Below are positions 1 through 13,485 of a DNA stretch of 64,000 nucleotides, piece after piece. Source of the DNA: Botryllus schlosseri (Eukaryota). The stretch covers positions 21,454,001-21,518,000 of the forward strand of contig CM119371.1 of assembly GCA_051294905.1 (NCBI GenBank), read 5' to 3'. The translations under genes were made by a program, and so were the position numbers. Every line of letters starts with the position of its first letter. Within the stretch, counting starts at the first letter, position 1. The notes under the pieces were generated by a model. It was given only the letters and a program-made list of their open reading frames with translations, was not told the origin of the DNA and ran no database searches.

Positions 1-34
1 TTTGATTTTTTTCGTAACAATTTTCCGTTTCAGG

Positions 35-600
35 CAAATAATATCACCCTAATTAAAAGATAATATTGGTAACAGATTTCTTGAGTGCCAATTTCACGAC
101 TATGAAGAAGATAACATGGTACTACATCAATGATTAGACAAGTAATCACCACCAGCTGATGCAATCACAAGTTGGGTTTGCAGGGTTGAAAGAAGTGATG
201 GTGCCCAACCTCCAACTACGCAGACCACATGGATTAACGTTTCGTTAGACATTTATCTGGAGTCCTCTTTCCTTCTGTATTTACTGTGTCAAATCACAGA
301 GATGTAGAAAAAAATCTAATACCAAAAACAACAATGGAGAGATGAGAGAAGTAAAATTTCAAAATCCAAGCAATGTTACCTTAGGTAGCAGAGTCGAGCC
401 GAGCTGGATGCCTGTTGCGGTCGCTGCTGCCCGTATGATTCCTTGTAAAGCTGTCTTCCCTTCATCTATTAGCGCCGCAAACTCCTATATTCTCCCCAAT
501 GTAAACATCCGCGATCCTGAAGCATTTTCAGTATATTGCCCAACAAGACTGGTAAATACAGTGGGGGACGTCCAGAGAGCCGATTAATATTGTTACACAC
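35..600 (+). pseudogene. Degenerate immunoglobulin-domain-like coding remnants
   Basis: Translations ADAITSWVCRVER...TWINVS (~155-245, stops upstream) and NPSNVTLGSRVE...SYILPNVNIRDPEAFSVYC..LVNTVG (342-587) follow I-set Ig strand patterns. The B-strand Cys and C-strand Trp are not clearly present. Confidence 0.35.
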
Positions 601-1034
601 AGTACGCTATGACAGCTATATCCGGAATAGTCCCGTAAAAAATACCAATTAATGTAGTCAAGCATGCGTAATCCGAATACAAATATGGCTCTTAAATTAT
701 TGACCCCCAGAACGAAACATGAAATGCCCAAAGTAACAATGTCAGATGGATAGACCGTAGCTGGCCGTTTCGGCATCCTCTTCTATATCTTGTTTATTGC
801 ATGTTTGTTACGTAACGGATGAAAAGATCTGAATTGACGAATATTACAATCATTTCTGAATTATAAAGTAAAGACATGTTATAGTGCGACTATAAACGGA
901 ATTTTTGAACTTCGACAATTTTAGCTAGGTATGATTCTGACAATTCTGTACAGGCTACATTTCATCAAAGTTTGTGTAACCATATCTATTAACGACAAAC
1001 TACCCAGGATACAAATGAGAATATACATTTGCAG

Positions 1035-4000
1035 GATGTAGGTGGCGAATCGGAAGAAGAAGTCGAGAGTTCTTGTAGAAGTCTTTCAAAAACAATCCTT
1101 CAGAAGTTCAATGAAGAAGTATCACAATGGAAAGTCAGTGATGGCGGAAAGCAGTACGAAACGAAATACAGAGATAGACTCACGGAGCAAATCAAAATTG
1201 CCATATCAGGGCGGGTTTCGAAATGGATCAACCAGCAGGTATATTCCGGTCTTAAGCGAATTCATGAAAATATGTTAATTGTCCTTATGTTTATATTATA
1301 TATATATTCAAATGAGGGTATACTGCTTATGAAATTGGTAATGCTTTCGGATGCGCCCTGTCAGTGCATTGAATTTATTTAAGTTATGTTCGTAATCCAT
1401 CATAGTCATAATGTAATTGAATATATAGAAACACATTTTATTTTAATATTGCAGTATTCCTGATAAGAGCCTGACTGATTGTGTTCAGACAATATACCGA
1501 CTCCATATCCTATTTGAGATAATTATTAATATATGCCGTGTTGTGTTGACATTTTTAACCCATACCAGATGATATCATAGTCTCTTCACACACCACTAAT
1601 CACGTTATTGCAATGTGCCAAGCAGAATCGGTAAAGAACATGTCTTCGACATAGCGTTCGCCTTCTGTATATTGAAAATCTCGTCAAGTTTAGATATCGA
1701 TAACAATTGCCTAATAGTATTTTTATTATTGTGGGATTACAATTGTTATGTCGGGATTAAGTTCCAAAAATATATAAATTACGATCATAAAGCGTGAAGT
1801 ATGTCTTCAATAATTGTATTATTACTCTTACATCAGGCTAGAAAGAAGCTGGAAATGAAAATTCAGACTGAACATTTATTGAAAGAGTACGATACCAGTA
1901 TTAAGGTAAATATCGTTTGCACTCAATATTCAGCAGACATTGACGTACAATATCGAAATACCGGTTACAGTTGTAGGCAATGTTCCCTCTAATTTTTGAC
2001 GAGTCTGTGCGCACTCACCAACTAACTGCGCGGTCCCTTGGACAACAATGCGTAACGACAAAAAAGGTCATCACTTCGAATTTTTTGTGGGCAGCATAGA
2101 TTTCCATTGCGCGGAGACCGTGTCAGCACTGCGCAATTGCGCTCATACGCAGCTTAGAAGGAACATTGGTTGTAGGTACGCGTTTCATGTACAACGATCA
2201 ATTAACATCCTTACAAGCTCTCATGCTAGTGATACGCTCCATCTGTTTGTGAAAGGTTCACACTGACGTCATACGGAGAAATCGGTGTGGACATCTATTA
2301 CGCTGGCCAATAAATTATTTTTACTGCCAAAATATTTTAATGGCGTCTGGCTATTTTGGGGCTGCAGAGTCCGAAAATCACATTGGTCTCTTTGAATAGG
2401 CTCTATTCTTTGAGATAATATTATTTTCTATTTATAAAAAATCGTTAACTTTAGTAACTGGCAAATGTGAACAGAAGTATCAGTATCTTGCATTTAGGAA
2501 ATGTCTTTTAAGCCAATGCATTACTAATTCCGGATCAGATTATTCACTGTGTCTATTCACAATTGTAGTATCCCATTACTTCAGAATAGGACATTGTAAA
2601 CATTCGATTTCGGACACACATTTTATTTAGCTGCAACCTACAGTATGTTGCTAATTGCTGTATATCTATAAAGAATTGGTCACTGTAAATAATATTTTAT
2701 TCAAATCCAAATTTTTTCGACGGGAATAACTACACTTCCATTGGTTAGAATTGAACCGAATTTGGTGAGCATCGTTTCAAAAGACAACCTCACAATGTCA
2801 TGGAGTGGACATAAAATTTTGAATTTTTATTTTTATTTTTATGTAATAAATAAAAAAAAAACTTTCTTTGCCGGTAGCAATGCACCAAATTTGGTGTGCA
2901 GGCTTCAACTGCGTAACCTAACAATTTTATCAAGTAGCCAGTATCATTTGAGAAAAATTAATCATATTCGAACACCCATAATGTATAGTGTCGAGTATTC
3001 CCTTAAGTTATCACATGACACCAATATACCAATTTATAGCCATGTAGCTATAGCGTAGTTCTATAATCGCGTAAGGCGCTTTGACATCTTACTAAATGTA
3101 CATTAAGTGTTACTAAAAGCAGTTCTTGTACTTTGACGTCAGCAGTTTTTGTTTACTACTATCGCCTAATTCTGGCTTGATCTTCACATGAAACATGATT
3201 CCCGTTTACAAGGATCTCTGTGTTAACGATTGCGCGATTAGCGATATCGCTTCAGAACTAGAAGAATACTGTATGCAAATGCATGAAGCCATATGTAGGG
3301 TCATCAAAGTTGTAGAAAAAGAAAATTTTACCTTCGTCGAGATTGGGTATTTTTAGTATTGTTTTTAAACTCATAAATATCTCAGAATATAGAGCCAATT
3401 CGGAAAAAGTAATGTCATTTTGGGATGCAAATACCCTGAAACCGTTGAAATTTACTTGGCACTAAAATGTCAGTCATGAATAAACCATACCACTGCTCTC
3501 CCCAAACATCCGTCAATAAATTGATTTAGCAAGCACCTCAATGGTACTGCCTTCCATAACATGATTATATTTCCCTGATTGTGGTGCAGGACTTCAATCA
3601 AATCTTATGATCTCATCTTCAACTCGATCTTAGTAGAACTCGATAAATACAAGTAAGTATAAAAAAGTCGGTATTCTATATTAGGCCTAGTTTTGCTTGA
3701 AAATTAAAACTGCCAAGTAGAAGAAAAAGCAGCATTCCGAATTCATGACCCTACTTAAAATGGACACCAATTGTTATTTCACAATTATTGACTTAACATT
3801 TGGATCTGCCACCATAGCCGCTTATACGTGGCAAGCTTGACTAGTAAATAACAATTTCACGGTGTTTGATGAATGCCAGTCTGCAAGGTTCTGTCAAATA
3901 AGGCCTACATGGAAATTATGCATTGAATTACCCTATTATTGATGCTGCGGCCGCGACGATATCAAAAACTATGAATTCGGCCCTCGAAAACATTTTAGTG

Positions 4001-7000
4001 TAAGACCACAGATCTAGGATTAAGACATGGCCAATCAGAGAGGTTAATGATCTGCACGAAATTGCCGGTTAATTAAAGAGAAAATGAATCTCAAGATCGC
4101 TGGTCATATGAGGGGTGACTGCAGTCGATAAATTGATATGTCCCTCGTTGAAAACGAGTTTGACAGACCCACGTTTAATTGTACAAAAGAGATAATCTCA
4201 ATGGTGCAATTCGCTAGTTGAATACGCTTCAACTCATTGTCGAGATGTCGAGTCGTAATGCTTTCTGTTTTCAAGTTGAAGTTTCTAAAAATTGAGGATT
4301 TTGTATGCAATTTAGAAATTCGCCTTGTTTTGAATATTTCACAGAGCTGCGTTACCATGGAGCAGCTTGAAAGAAAACACGATACCTTCCTGGCCACTGT
4401 AATATCCCGTTACCCTGAAGCATCATACGATAAGGTCTTATTCCTTGATAGAATTGATGCCAAACGTAGCAAGTTAAAACAGTGTATCGAGAAAAAAGAA
4501 GAAGAGGAAAAGGAGGCAAAGGTGATGGATATGCCATTCTATTACTGATTCTTCAACCACTATACAAGTCAAAGTTGTGTTTGTCTAATGAAAATCTAGA
4601 TAACGATGTCACGCTGCGGTGGTAATACAATATATTAAAATACAAAAGTTATTAATTTACTAGGAACATGTAATTGTTTATAAAAGAAGTCATATTTAAT
4701 TTAACGAATTAAATACTAATTTATCGGCGATATAAAAAATATTTACTATATCATCGATGGAAAACCACACTGGGCTATGTCCATTTTTAGTCTTTTAGAA
4801 CTTTTCTTTCTATCACTATTAGGACATAGATTTTTTGTTATAACCGGGTTCCATGTTCCAGGTAGCATGAATATCTAGGGTACTGGATATATACACCAGA
4901 ATTTCCAAGGTAAATTAAAAACAGCACTGGTTTAATATATGGTCAATTATATGGTCTAAGTCAAAATTTTCAGAAATGGGCATAACACTGTTTGGTTTTC
5001 CAGGGACGATATGGTGATATAAAACAGCATATTAAGATAGGCTACTGTGAATCTTGGGTGACCACGTTAACACCATTCAACCCAATTAAAATAGGACGAT
5101 TGATTCAAATACAATAGGTGAAAAGATATCGATTTACATTTCATATACAATTCAAATTTCAATAAAATGTGTCACATCCGCACTGATAAATGAGTTCTTG
5201 GATTTATCAATTCAGATAATATTCCCATTGAAAAAACTCATTCATAACATAAAAGATCAAAGAAAAGGGGATATAGATGCCACGTCTTCATATTTTTGCC
5301 GAGTAACATCACATCCTCTGATTTCAATGTTTCGTATTTGAACAAATATACAGTGTACAGAGAAAAGCAGCGAATACTTTTTTCACCAAACCCACGCCCT
5401 AATAACATCCAGGACGCGTGGCAGGGGCTAATCATAGTAATGATCTGTCTACAACGAATCAAGCTGAATATGTAGCTGTTCACGTCACACTATCTTGTCG
5501 AAATCGAATCGAACAACATAGTGGGCGCGCAAAACCGGTAAATCGATTTAAGTGAGATTAATGATCGAATTATGACAGCAACGCAAGTTGTCTCGCGCAG
5601 TAAAAATCTAATTAACTAGAATGAGAAACGTTAGTATTGTTACTTTCGAAAACAAATCAATGACCTGAACCTGAATTGTGGAACAGTATCTCGCCTGCTA
5701 TCCGACAGTCGTCCAGTATGTCCACATTGAAGTCGAAATACAAGCTTTTTTTCTGAATGACTAGTCTACTAGTCAGCCCTCAACATTTACCGGAATAAGA
5801 CCTGTCATATCGATCTCGCCTTCCGCCACATGCCACCTGATTTTGTCGCTCAACATTTTATATTACCTTCTTTTACTGTAATTCAGTGTACATGCATCCT
5901 ATTTATGTCACCTAGGCCAAAGTGGTACTCTGATCTCAAAGACTACTTCAATTCGTTTCGACACCTTCATATCTTTCATTGCATCGCCGTCTTGAAATTT
6001 TTGAAATGATGAAAATTTAAGAATGAGCTTGAACTTGAATGTAATGGTTTTAAATTGCACATCGAACTGTTAATTTGACGACTATGGAAAATCATTCAAC
6101 ATCCATGAATCTAACGTAATGTCAACATCCGATAATAGGGCGATAACTTCAAGTTTTCAACAGAAATTAGCAGAGACTGCAATCCAAAACGAGAGAGAGA
6201 AATCATTCGCAGAAAATAAGGCAAAGTTTGAGGTAAGAATACGTAAATAGTACTATCAGTGTCTGTAATATACTGTTAATGTTTATGCGGATGTATTATG
6301 ATATTGATACGGATACGCATTACGCATGATCTGAATTGATTGCTGAACACAATCTGTGTTACTGACTAAATAGGCGACAAGCACGAATGTTGCGACTGTA
6401 TAGTATTGCCATTGTTACCTTTGGAGATGTACAATCAGCAGTGCTGGAGAAAGACTCAAGCTCTAACTACGACACTGGGTTTGTATTCAGTTCAGTTTTC
6501 CTGACATATAAAGCAGGGCTGTGGAGTCGGAGTCGGAGTCGGAGAAGTCGGAGTCGGAGTCTGGGTAATTTTCGCTTGACGGAGTTGGAGTCGGAGTCGT
6601 GAAGACTATAAAAGTCGGAGTCGGAGTCGGAGTCGGTGGGAAAATACTGACTGGAGTCGGAGTCGGAGTTTGTGAGAATGACCGTGACTTCGACTCCGAC
6701 TCCAACTTCTCTATCATGAAAACATTTGCTTTCAAAGAATTTTCAATAGAATTTTTATGTACCACCAATCACTGTTATTAATGACCATACAGATCAGGTG
6801 CGGCCAGCCCGTGGCACGCAGGCCAAATTTGGCACACGAGAAGGTTAGGTGTGGCCTGCGAGGTAATTCTCGCAATTATTTATGACATCAGGTACAATTG
6901 CAAGGCCAACCAAAATTTGATTAGCATGACCACGAAATTTGATGATGACTAAAACAACAGTTCTGACGCATTGACGTATCCAGGGGCCAGCCACATTTAT

Positions 7001-9457
7001 CCCAAATCTTCGTATATGACCATTAAGTAGAATATTTCATAACAGATATATTTGACTTGAAATTATTCTCGGTACTTCGCATGATTCATTGTCACTAGAT
7101 TTCTTGCATTCAGTATATTTGAGCCCCCTTCTGAAAATTAGAAATACCTATTATTCACAGAATTGAGTCTAACTATATTCGCAATTAGGAGATAACGTGT
7201 CGTCCAACAAGCGGCTTTGCTAGTGCACTCGCAGCGAGATCGTCGACAAAACATTTGCACGAAATGATAGAGGCATGCTCACTGATACCGTCGATTTTGC
7301 TATGTTTAAACGTCGAATAATACTGTCCTTGCCAAATGAGCCCAGTGGTATACAGATGCGACCCCCAATGTATGCTAGCAACATATTTATTGATATAATT
7401 CAGTCATTATCTTGCCAAAAAAATCGCGCTTCGCGCGACCAGAACCTGATTGCGCGCTGCACAGTTGTTTGACATATTGTTAGCAATTTTAGAGCGTATC
7501 AATATAAGTCTTGTTTGCAAAGTTACCTAATTCGGTTCGCTCCTATCGGACGACTAAAAATGGTTATCTACATTCCAGTTGCCCGCGCAATGGTTCGTAA
7601 ATCTCATGTGTCCCTTTGGCCGATATAGTTGCCCACCCCTGACATAGATAAAATTAGATATTACTTGGAAATTACAACTCAGTTGCAGAGGGGAAGAAAA
7701 TCGCAATATGCGTTTTCGCGATGCAGGCCAAATAGATGCAATTTTGGAATTATACCATGATACTGTGACATAGCAAATGCATCGGCTGGTTTTGTAAAAT
7801 TGTAAAAATGATGTAAATATGACCAAACGGTGCTTCCCACTTGACAAAATTAAAAATATTTGTAAGGTAGATTAGCTGTTTGGGTCGAACAGATGATTAA
7901 GAAAGACTGCAAGTCCCAATCCTTGATTAAGTACATGTAGACTAGACATAGGCTATGGTCTTTGACTTAACTAAATTCCATTTATGACCAATGTCTATTA
8001 GTAGTAAGAGTGTGTGTGCTTGTAATCAGGTGTGCAATGACAAAATTAGTAAGTTCAATCTCTTTATTAGTTGCTGAATCATACACAAGAGCTACACTTG
8101 GATTTTTTATCTACATTTTTATTATACATGATTGGATATCTGCCATATATGAATGATTCATACATTTCAGTATATTAGAGAGTCGATGTTATAAAAACTT
8201 GAAAACAAAGGATATTTAGCAAATCCTTCTTTCATGTTAATTGCATAGTGAATAATTCGAGCTGTTCCACAATGAAAGAATTTAGCACGCTACCGTTAAT
8301 CATATGTTTGCATATGTTTAATGGTTGTATGATAGTCATTCAACCGACAATGTGGCATATAATTTACGAAGTAAATTGGTAATAATGCTGGAGTCGGAGT
8401 CGGAGTCGGAGTCGGTACGTTTAAAGACCCTGGAGTTGGAGTCGGAGTCGGTACGTTTAAAGACTCAGGAATCGGAGTCGCAGTCGGTATATTGAAAATG
8501 TGTGGAGTCGGAGTCGGAGCCGGAGTCGGTGGTAAAATTTACCGACTCGACAGCGCTGATATAAAGATAAGCGATATCTAATCTCAAAATATTTGTTTGG
8601 ATTCAGTACAAATCAGAGCTGTTGAGTCGGCTCATATTGCCACTGACTCCAAGTCCGACTGCGACTCAAGAAATTTCTAACATACCTACTCCTGAAACTT
8701 GAAACACACAGACTCCGATTCCAGCTCCGACTCCTAATATTTTCTATAGAGAACTCTAACTCCGACTCAACATTTTCTGTACATCGACTCTGAAAATCAA
8801 AGCCGTTCATTACATTTTAGTTTAGACTTTTATCATGTCAATCAACCCATTTTTCCGAATATGGCAAAAATTCAAACGTGCTAAAATTCACTGACGTAAG
8901 AAATTGACCATTTGTGTCGTTGCAGTGGCACTTTTTAGAACCATTTAAGTGTAGTTGGTTGAGCATTTTAAAAATCAAGATTTAATTTTCCAAGTGACGT
9001 ATACATTTCTATGCCCAACCATTTTACACACGCATAATAATTCATTTACACTATCTTTGAATCCATAACTTTTACTTGAGGTAACTTTCCATACAATATA
9101 TATATATATATATATATATATTGCCTGCAAATTGCAGGAACAAATACTTCATGTTCAATAAAGTTGTTACGAGAATTTAATTCGATGCCCTAAAAGGATT
9201 GAATTCATGCCAGATAGGGGATTTATTTGGTCACCTCAAGTCAAGGATTTGTAGTTTGACATTTTATTTACAAAAAACTCGCACACTTACTCAGTTAATG
9301 CTCCTCTTATAAAAAATTTCATACTAGTCGTAATCATTGTCTCGTGTTTCAGGTTTTGCGAACGCAAATTATCAAATCCAGCGTGGAGATGCAGAGAAAA
9401 CGCCTCTGGAGTATTTGGATCGAATTAATGAATGAAAAGGCAAATGCTAAACATAAG
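1035..9457 (+). CDS. 5' exon cluster of a spliced host gene encoding a helical/coiled-coil protein resembling GBP/atlastin stalk bundles (5' end probably upstream of the window)
   Basis: AG/GT-bounded open exons 1035-1238, 1837-1905, 3213-3346, 3590-3652, 4345-4521, 6164-6232 and 9353-9457. DGGKQYETKYRDRLTEQI resembles the atlastin/GBP 'GG.E....Y...L...I' helix. The 3652/4345 junction is out of phase by 1 nt. Confidence 0.6.
1978..2168. mobile_element. hAT-type MITE
   Basis: TIRs CAATGTTCCCTCTAA / TTAGAAGGAACATTG; perfect 8-bp TSD GTTGTAGG. Confidence 0.9.
2682..2958. mobile_element. Diverged half-copy of the TAGGGCTCTTC foldback family
   Basis: Aligns by eye to the right half of 11146-11806. 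Confidence 0.7.
6514..8558. mobile_element. Non-autonomous hAT element with (GGAGTC)n subterminal arrays
   Basis: TIRs CAGGGCTGTGGAGTCGG / CCGACTCGACAGCGCTG; TSD ATATAAAG on both sides. Confidence 0.9.
6795..7641. mobile_element. Nested Charlie/Buster-like hAT element
   Basis: Ends CAGGTGCGGCCAGCC / AGTTGCCCACCCCTG; imperfect TSD ATACAGAT/ACATAGAT. Confidence 0.55.
8594..8795. mobile_element. Degenerate end of a GGAGTC-array hAT relative, inverted
   Basis: CAGAGCTGTTGAGTCGG start followed by decayed GACTCC repeats. Confidence 0.55.
9097..9121. repeat. (TA)n microsatellite
   Basis: Direct reading. Confidence 0.95.
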
Positions 9458-10919
9458 GTAGACTGCTCTACTATCAAATACTAAATGAAATACACTATAT
9501 AATCGGACATGAGTTATAATTCTGCTGATTCGTATCACCGTATTAATTGTTGACGTCATTTAATAATTATACATGGAATAATTTTCATAATACAGGGATT
9601 ACATATTGATAAATTTCATGAGCGATGCCAGTGGCGGCTCGTGACAATATCGGGTGGTGGGGCAAGGGCTACGAGCGACTTTTATCAACATGACGTCACA
9701 ACGGCGTTTTCCAACGTAAAAAAGTAACTTTATGATGGTCACATGAATTTTCCGACAACAGTGATTTTAACGTAGGTGCCGCGAGAGGTTTGCCGGTGAG
9801 CCGTGACTTGAAGTGTGGTAACAAATGTTTTATTCATTTTTTTAATCAAAGGACTATTTTACAAAATGTACGTGAACTAAGAATCGTCCCTATGCCACGA
9901 ATCAATCATCAGGTCATCCTTAGTAGCATGCGTTATGATTTCATTGTAGAGATTATGCAAATCGATTGGCCCTAGTTTTTCCAAGCCCGTCCGAAAGTGT
10001 TTCGTACACGATCCTGGTGTGTTACGACCACTGAGCTGGTGCTTACGACCAGTTGATAGGCAACCAAAGCTGAGGCACCCGGCGTACTATTGGATCAATG
10101 GACTGGATAGGCTTACCATACGTCCTCTTTTAAGAGGATTTGTCCTCTTTTTTGGCTTTTTTCGGAGGACGCCCTTTTGTCCTCTTTTTTGAGATTTTGT
10201 CCTCTTTTTTGAAAATTTAGGCAGATTTAGAGCAAATTGCGAGTGATATGCCGCATATTAGCACAGAAGTGAAGCTGTGTTTCGGAGTGAAAAACGGTGA
10301 TTTTAGCTCTGAGGGAAAAGATGACCTTTTTTTTTTTTTTATTTAGTCAACCGATCACAAAGTGGGAAAAATTAACCGGTTTTTGAGAATTTTACTCCGG
10401 TTTTGCAAGTTGAAAATTTCTGAAAAAGTGTCCTAGGACTAGGACCGGACAACTTCTAGACCTCAAATTTTCGCTCTAAATGCAACTGCGTAATCTACGT
10501 ACGGAGCAAAGACTCAATACGATTCATGTTCGCACTTGACTTGACCTGACTAATTCCAATGACTAGAACTCGAGAGATTGCGTAAGCCTAACTGGAAAGG
10601 TCAACGAGTTCGGACACATACGCAATTGTTATCTCATAGATTGGGCCTGTCATATTGAATCCAGAACATCAATTTGAATGGTCTTTGAAGAACTAAGGAC
10701 AGCAGCCTCGGAACTTCGGTCTCGGAACAACATAGGACATTTTGGCCTTGAGACTTGAGACTGTGACACAACACATACGGCTTACTGTCTATAAGTCTGC
10801 TGCGAAATCGCCGTTGGAAAATATATTAATAAATAAATACATGAATGAAAGCCGTAAACTTAGTATACTGGTACAAGAAATCATCGAGAAGTAGCATACG
10901 CAATCTCATAACCCATTCC

Positions 10920-11926
10920 GACTGACGAGATAGCGTAATGGTAAAGCGTCCGGCTTCTCGATCGGTAGGTCGTGGGTTCGACCCCCGGCCGGGTCAGACC
11001 AAAGATCTCATTGGTAACACTGGTATCCATGACTTCCCTGCTTGGCGCTCATGCATTACTGGGATAGCATGGAGGGGTGGTGCAAGGCTTAGAAAGCCGT
11101 AAAAGGCTATATCTGCACCTTCCTTGTCCTGCGGCATATGCACATTAGGGCTCTTCAAAAATGACTTTTTTTCTCAAATCGTACTGGCTACTTGATAAAA
11201 TTGTTAGGTTACCTAATTTAAGCCTACACACAAAATTTGGTTCAATTCCAGCCAGTAACCGCTTTGCTACAGGAGAAGAAAGTTTCTATTTATTATATAA
11301 AAATACATAATATAAAATTTGAAAATTTTCTGTTCACCCCATGAAAGTGTTGGGCTGTCTATAGAAACGATGCTCACCAAATTTGGTTCAATTCCAACCA
11401 GTGGAAGCGGAGTTATTGCCGTCGAAAATTTGGATTTGAATAAAATAGTATTTACGGTGACCGATTCTTTGTTTATTTATTATAGTTGTGCTCACCGTAA
11501 ATACTATTTTATTCAAATCCAAATTTTTCGACGGCAATAATTCCGCTTCCACTGGTTGGAATTGAACCAAATTTGGTGAGCATCGTTTCTATAGACAGCC
11601 TAACACTTTCATGGGGTGAACAGAAAAATTTCAAATTTTTTATTATTTATTTTTATATAGTAAATAGAAACTTTTTCTCCTGTAGCAAAGCGGTTACCGA
11701 CTGGAATTGAACCAAATTTTGTGTGTAGGCCTAAATTAGGTAACCTAACAATTTTATCAAGTAGCCAGCACGATTTGAGAAAAAAAGTCATTTTTGAAGA
11801 GCCCTAATGCACATCATGCACTCATGATATGCCAATGTGCATATCGTGTGTATGTATATCATGAGTCGTTGTATATGCCGCAAAAAACACCAAGGACAAA
11901 AACAAACTACGTCCTCTCCTCTCCTC
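10920..11926 (+). mobile_element. tRNA-derived SINE with a Meta-like central domain, split by a foldback element
   Basis: A box TAGCGTAATGG, B box GGTTCGACCCC, then GGTCAGACCAAAGA...CTTCCCTGCTTGGCGCTCA. The body resumes at 11807 and ends in a (TCCTC)n tail. Confidence 0.8.
11146..11806. mobile_element. Almost fully palindromic ~660-bp foldback MITE (hAT-type TSD)
   Basis: TAGGGCTCTTCAAAAATGAC...GTCATTTTTGAAGAGCCCTA with ~310-bp arms; TSD ATGCACAT. Confidence 0.95.
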
Positions 11927-12199
11927 ATTCCGGCATGGTACACTGTCAAAATCAATACAAACAGACGAACACCGAACTTTGAGTAAAAGAGATCGAGGAA
12001 TAGGCTGATCGAATGATCAGCTGCTAGCCGACATCGAAAATGAAATAGCTATCGCATTTGACAGGGGATTGTAAGCAAATGGTTTGAAGGCCACAATTTC
12101 ACAGTGAAATGGACATTGGCGAACATAAAATTATGCGAATATTTGAATACAAACCGAGAATCTTAGTTAGCTGTTTCATGCGATCATCGAGATATACCA

Positions 12200-12810
12200 T
12201 TGGAAATATCATCACCGATCTCCTTATGGAACGCAGACTAGATTAGCACAGACCGACACCGGCTTTTGCGTGAGATCCGCAATGATGTTGGTAGGCTAAG
12301 TATCAGATCAGCGCACACCTCTACCATACTCCACCTCGAAAACGAAATACCTGCCTCAATCGTTGAGTGTCAACTTTCAGACATGGCACCGCGTTCCATT
12401 TTAATATCAAGACATACCGTGCAAAAGCTCATGACAGATCTAGGTATGGAACATCGTTAAAAATCAATAGAGACCAATAACGGCTTTTACGTAAATCTGT
12501 TAGCGATAAATGAAGAGTCAGCTCTCACTCGACTTAGGAAACGAAATTACCACCCAGATAGTTCAGTGACAAACTTAAAACTTGTTACAGCGGTCGATAA
12601 GACTTACCGTACCAAATGTCATGACCGATCTCGGAGTGGAACATCGTTAAAATGAATGGAGACCAATACCGGCTTTTGAGTAAAATCCGTTTGCTGTACA
12701 ATGTAGATAAGCACACACTGAACTTCTGAAACGAAATTACTACCCTTATCTTTAAGTAGTAATCCTGAAACTTGAAGCAGTGTTAAATACTACCTTCACA
12801 GCATGTCATA
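12200..12810 (+). repeat. Degenerate tandem repeat, about 3 units of ~190-220 bp
   Basis: GATCT...GGAACATCGTTAAAA...GACCAATA.CGGCTTTT...AACGAAATTAC recurs near 12215, 12435 and 12625. Confidence 0.7.
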
Positions 12811-12938
12811 CGAAGTTTCAAGAATTATCATAGTACGAAACACCATCAAAATCGACCTATACCAACAAAGGTCGACTCAACGCATATTACTGTAACCGAG
12901 TTCAGATATAGATACGATTGTTACATCACACCTTAAGG

Positions 12939-13485
12939 CAGGGGTTCTCAACTTCCCTTGTATAGTGGGCCGCATTTTGACAGCAACAGACGCTGCGGGC
13001 CGCAAAACATTATTACCATGTATTTGTAGGCTACTAATAAATTTAGGATACTGTAGCCTATTTACCAGTCGTATACAGGCCGGTATATCCCCATTTAAAC
13101 CCTTTCAACAGAGAACCGAACTCTCCGTCTCAAACCGCAGGAGAGCAAGTATAAAATTACGGTAACGCTTTCGTAAAAAAGCCATTATTACATTAAGCTC
13201 CAAGTTATATGAGAAGAAGTCTGGCGTTGGGGGTCATTTCTGAGCAAACCGATCAACCCTTCTCCTTTCATTGCATGGTGGGGCCCCTGCACCACTAGTT
13301 ACATTAGTTAGCTTTGTCAAGTTGATGTTTTTCGGTGCTCCCCCTCCCACGTTAGCCAGGCCTGCGTTTTCTCTGCAAATATGTCCACTCTGACATAATG
13401 CACCCAGATAATTAGCTGTGCAAAGTCTGTGAAATTTCGAATTTCGAAAAGTGGCCCGCGATCCATTTTGAGTTGGCGACCCCTG
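12939..13485. mobile_element. Charlie/Buster-like hAT MITE (possibly composite)
   Basis: CAGGGGTTCTCAAC / GTTGGCGACCCCTG ends with GGCCGC subterminal motifs; no clean TSD. Confidence 0.6.

Noticed and set aside
6387..6781. SR-, PT- and GV-repeat ORFs
   Set aside because: They are translations of the (GGAGTC)n transposon subterminal array.
10920..10995. tRNA genes (also 16560-16635)
   Set aside because: Only A/B boxes, without a convincing acceptor stem; both continue into SINE bodies with simple-repeat tails.
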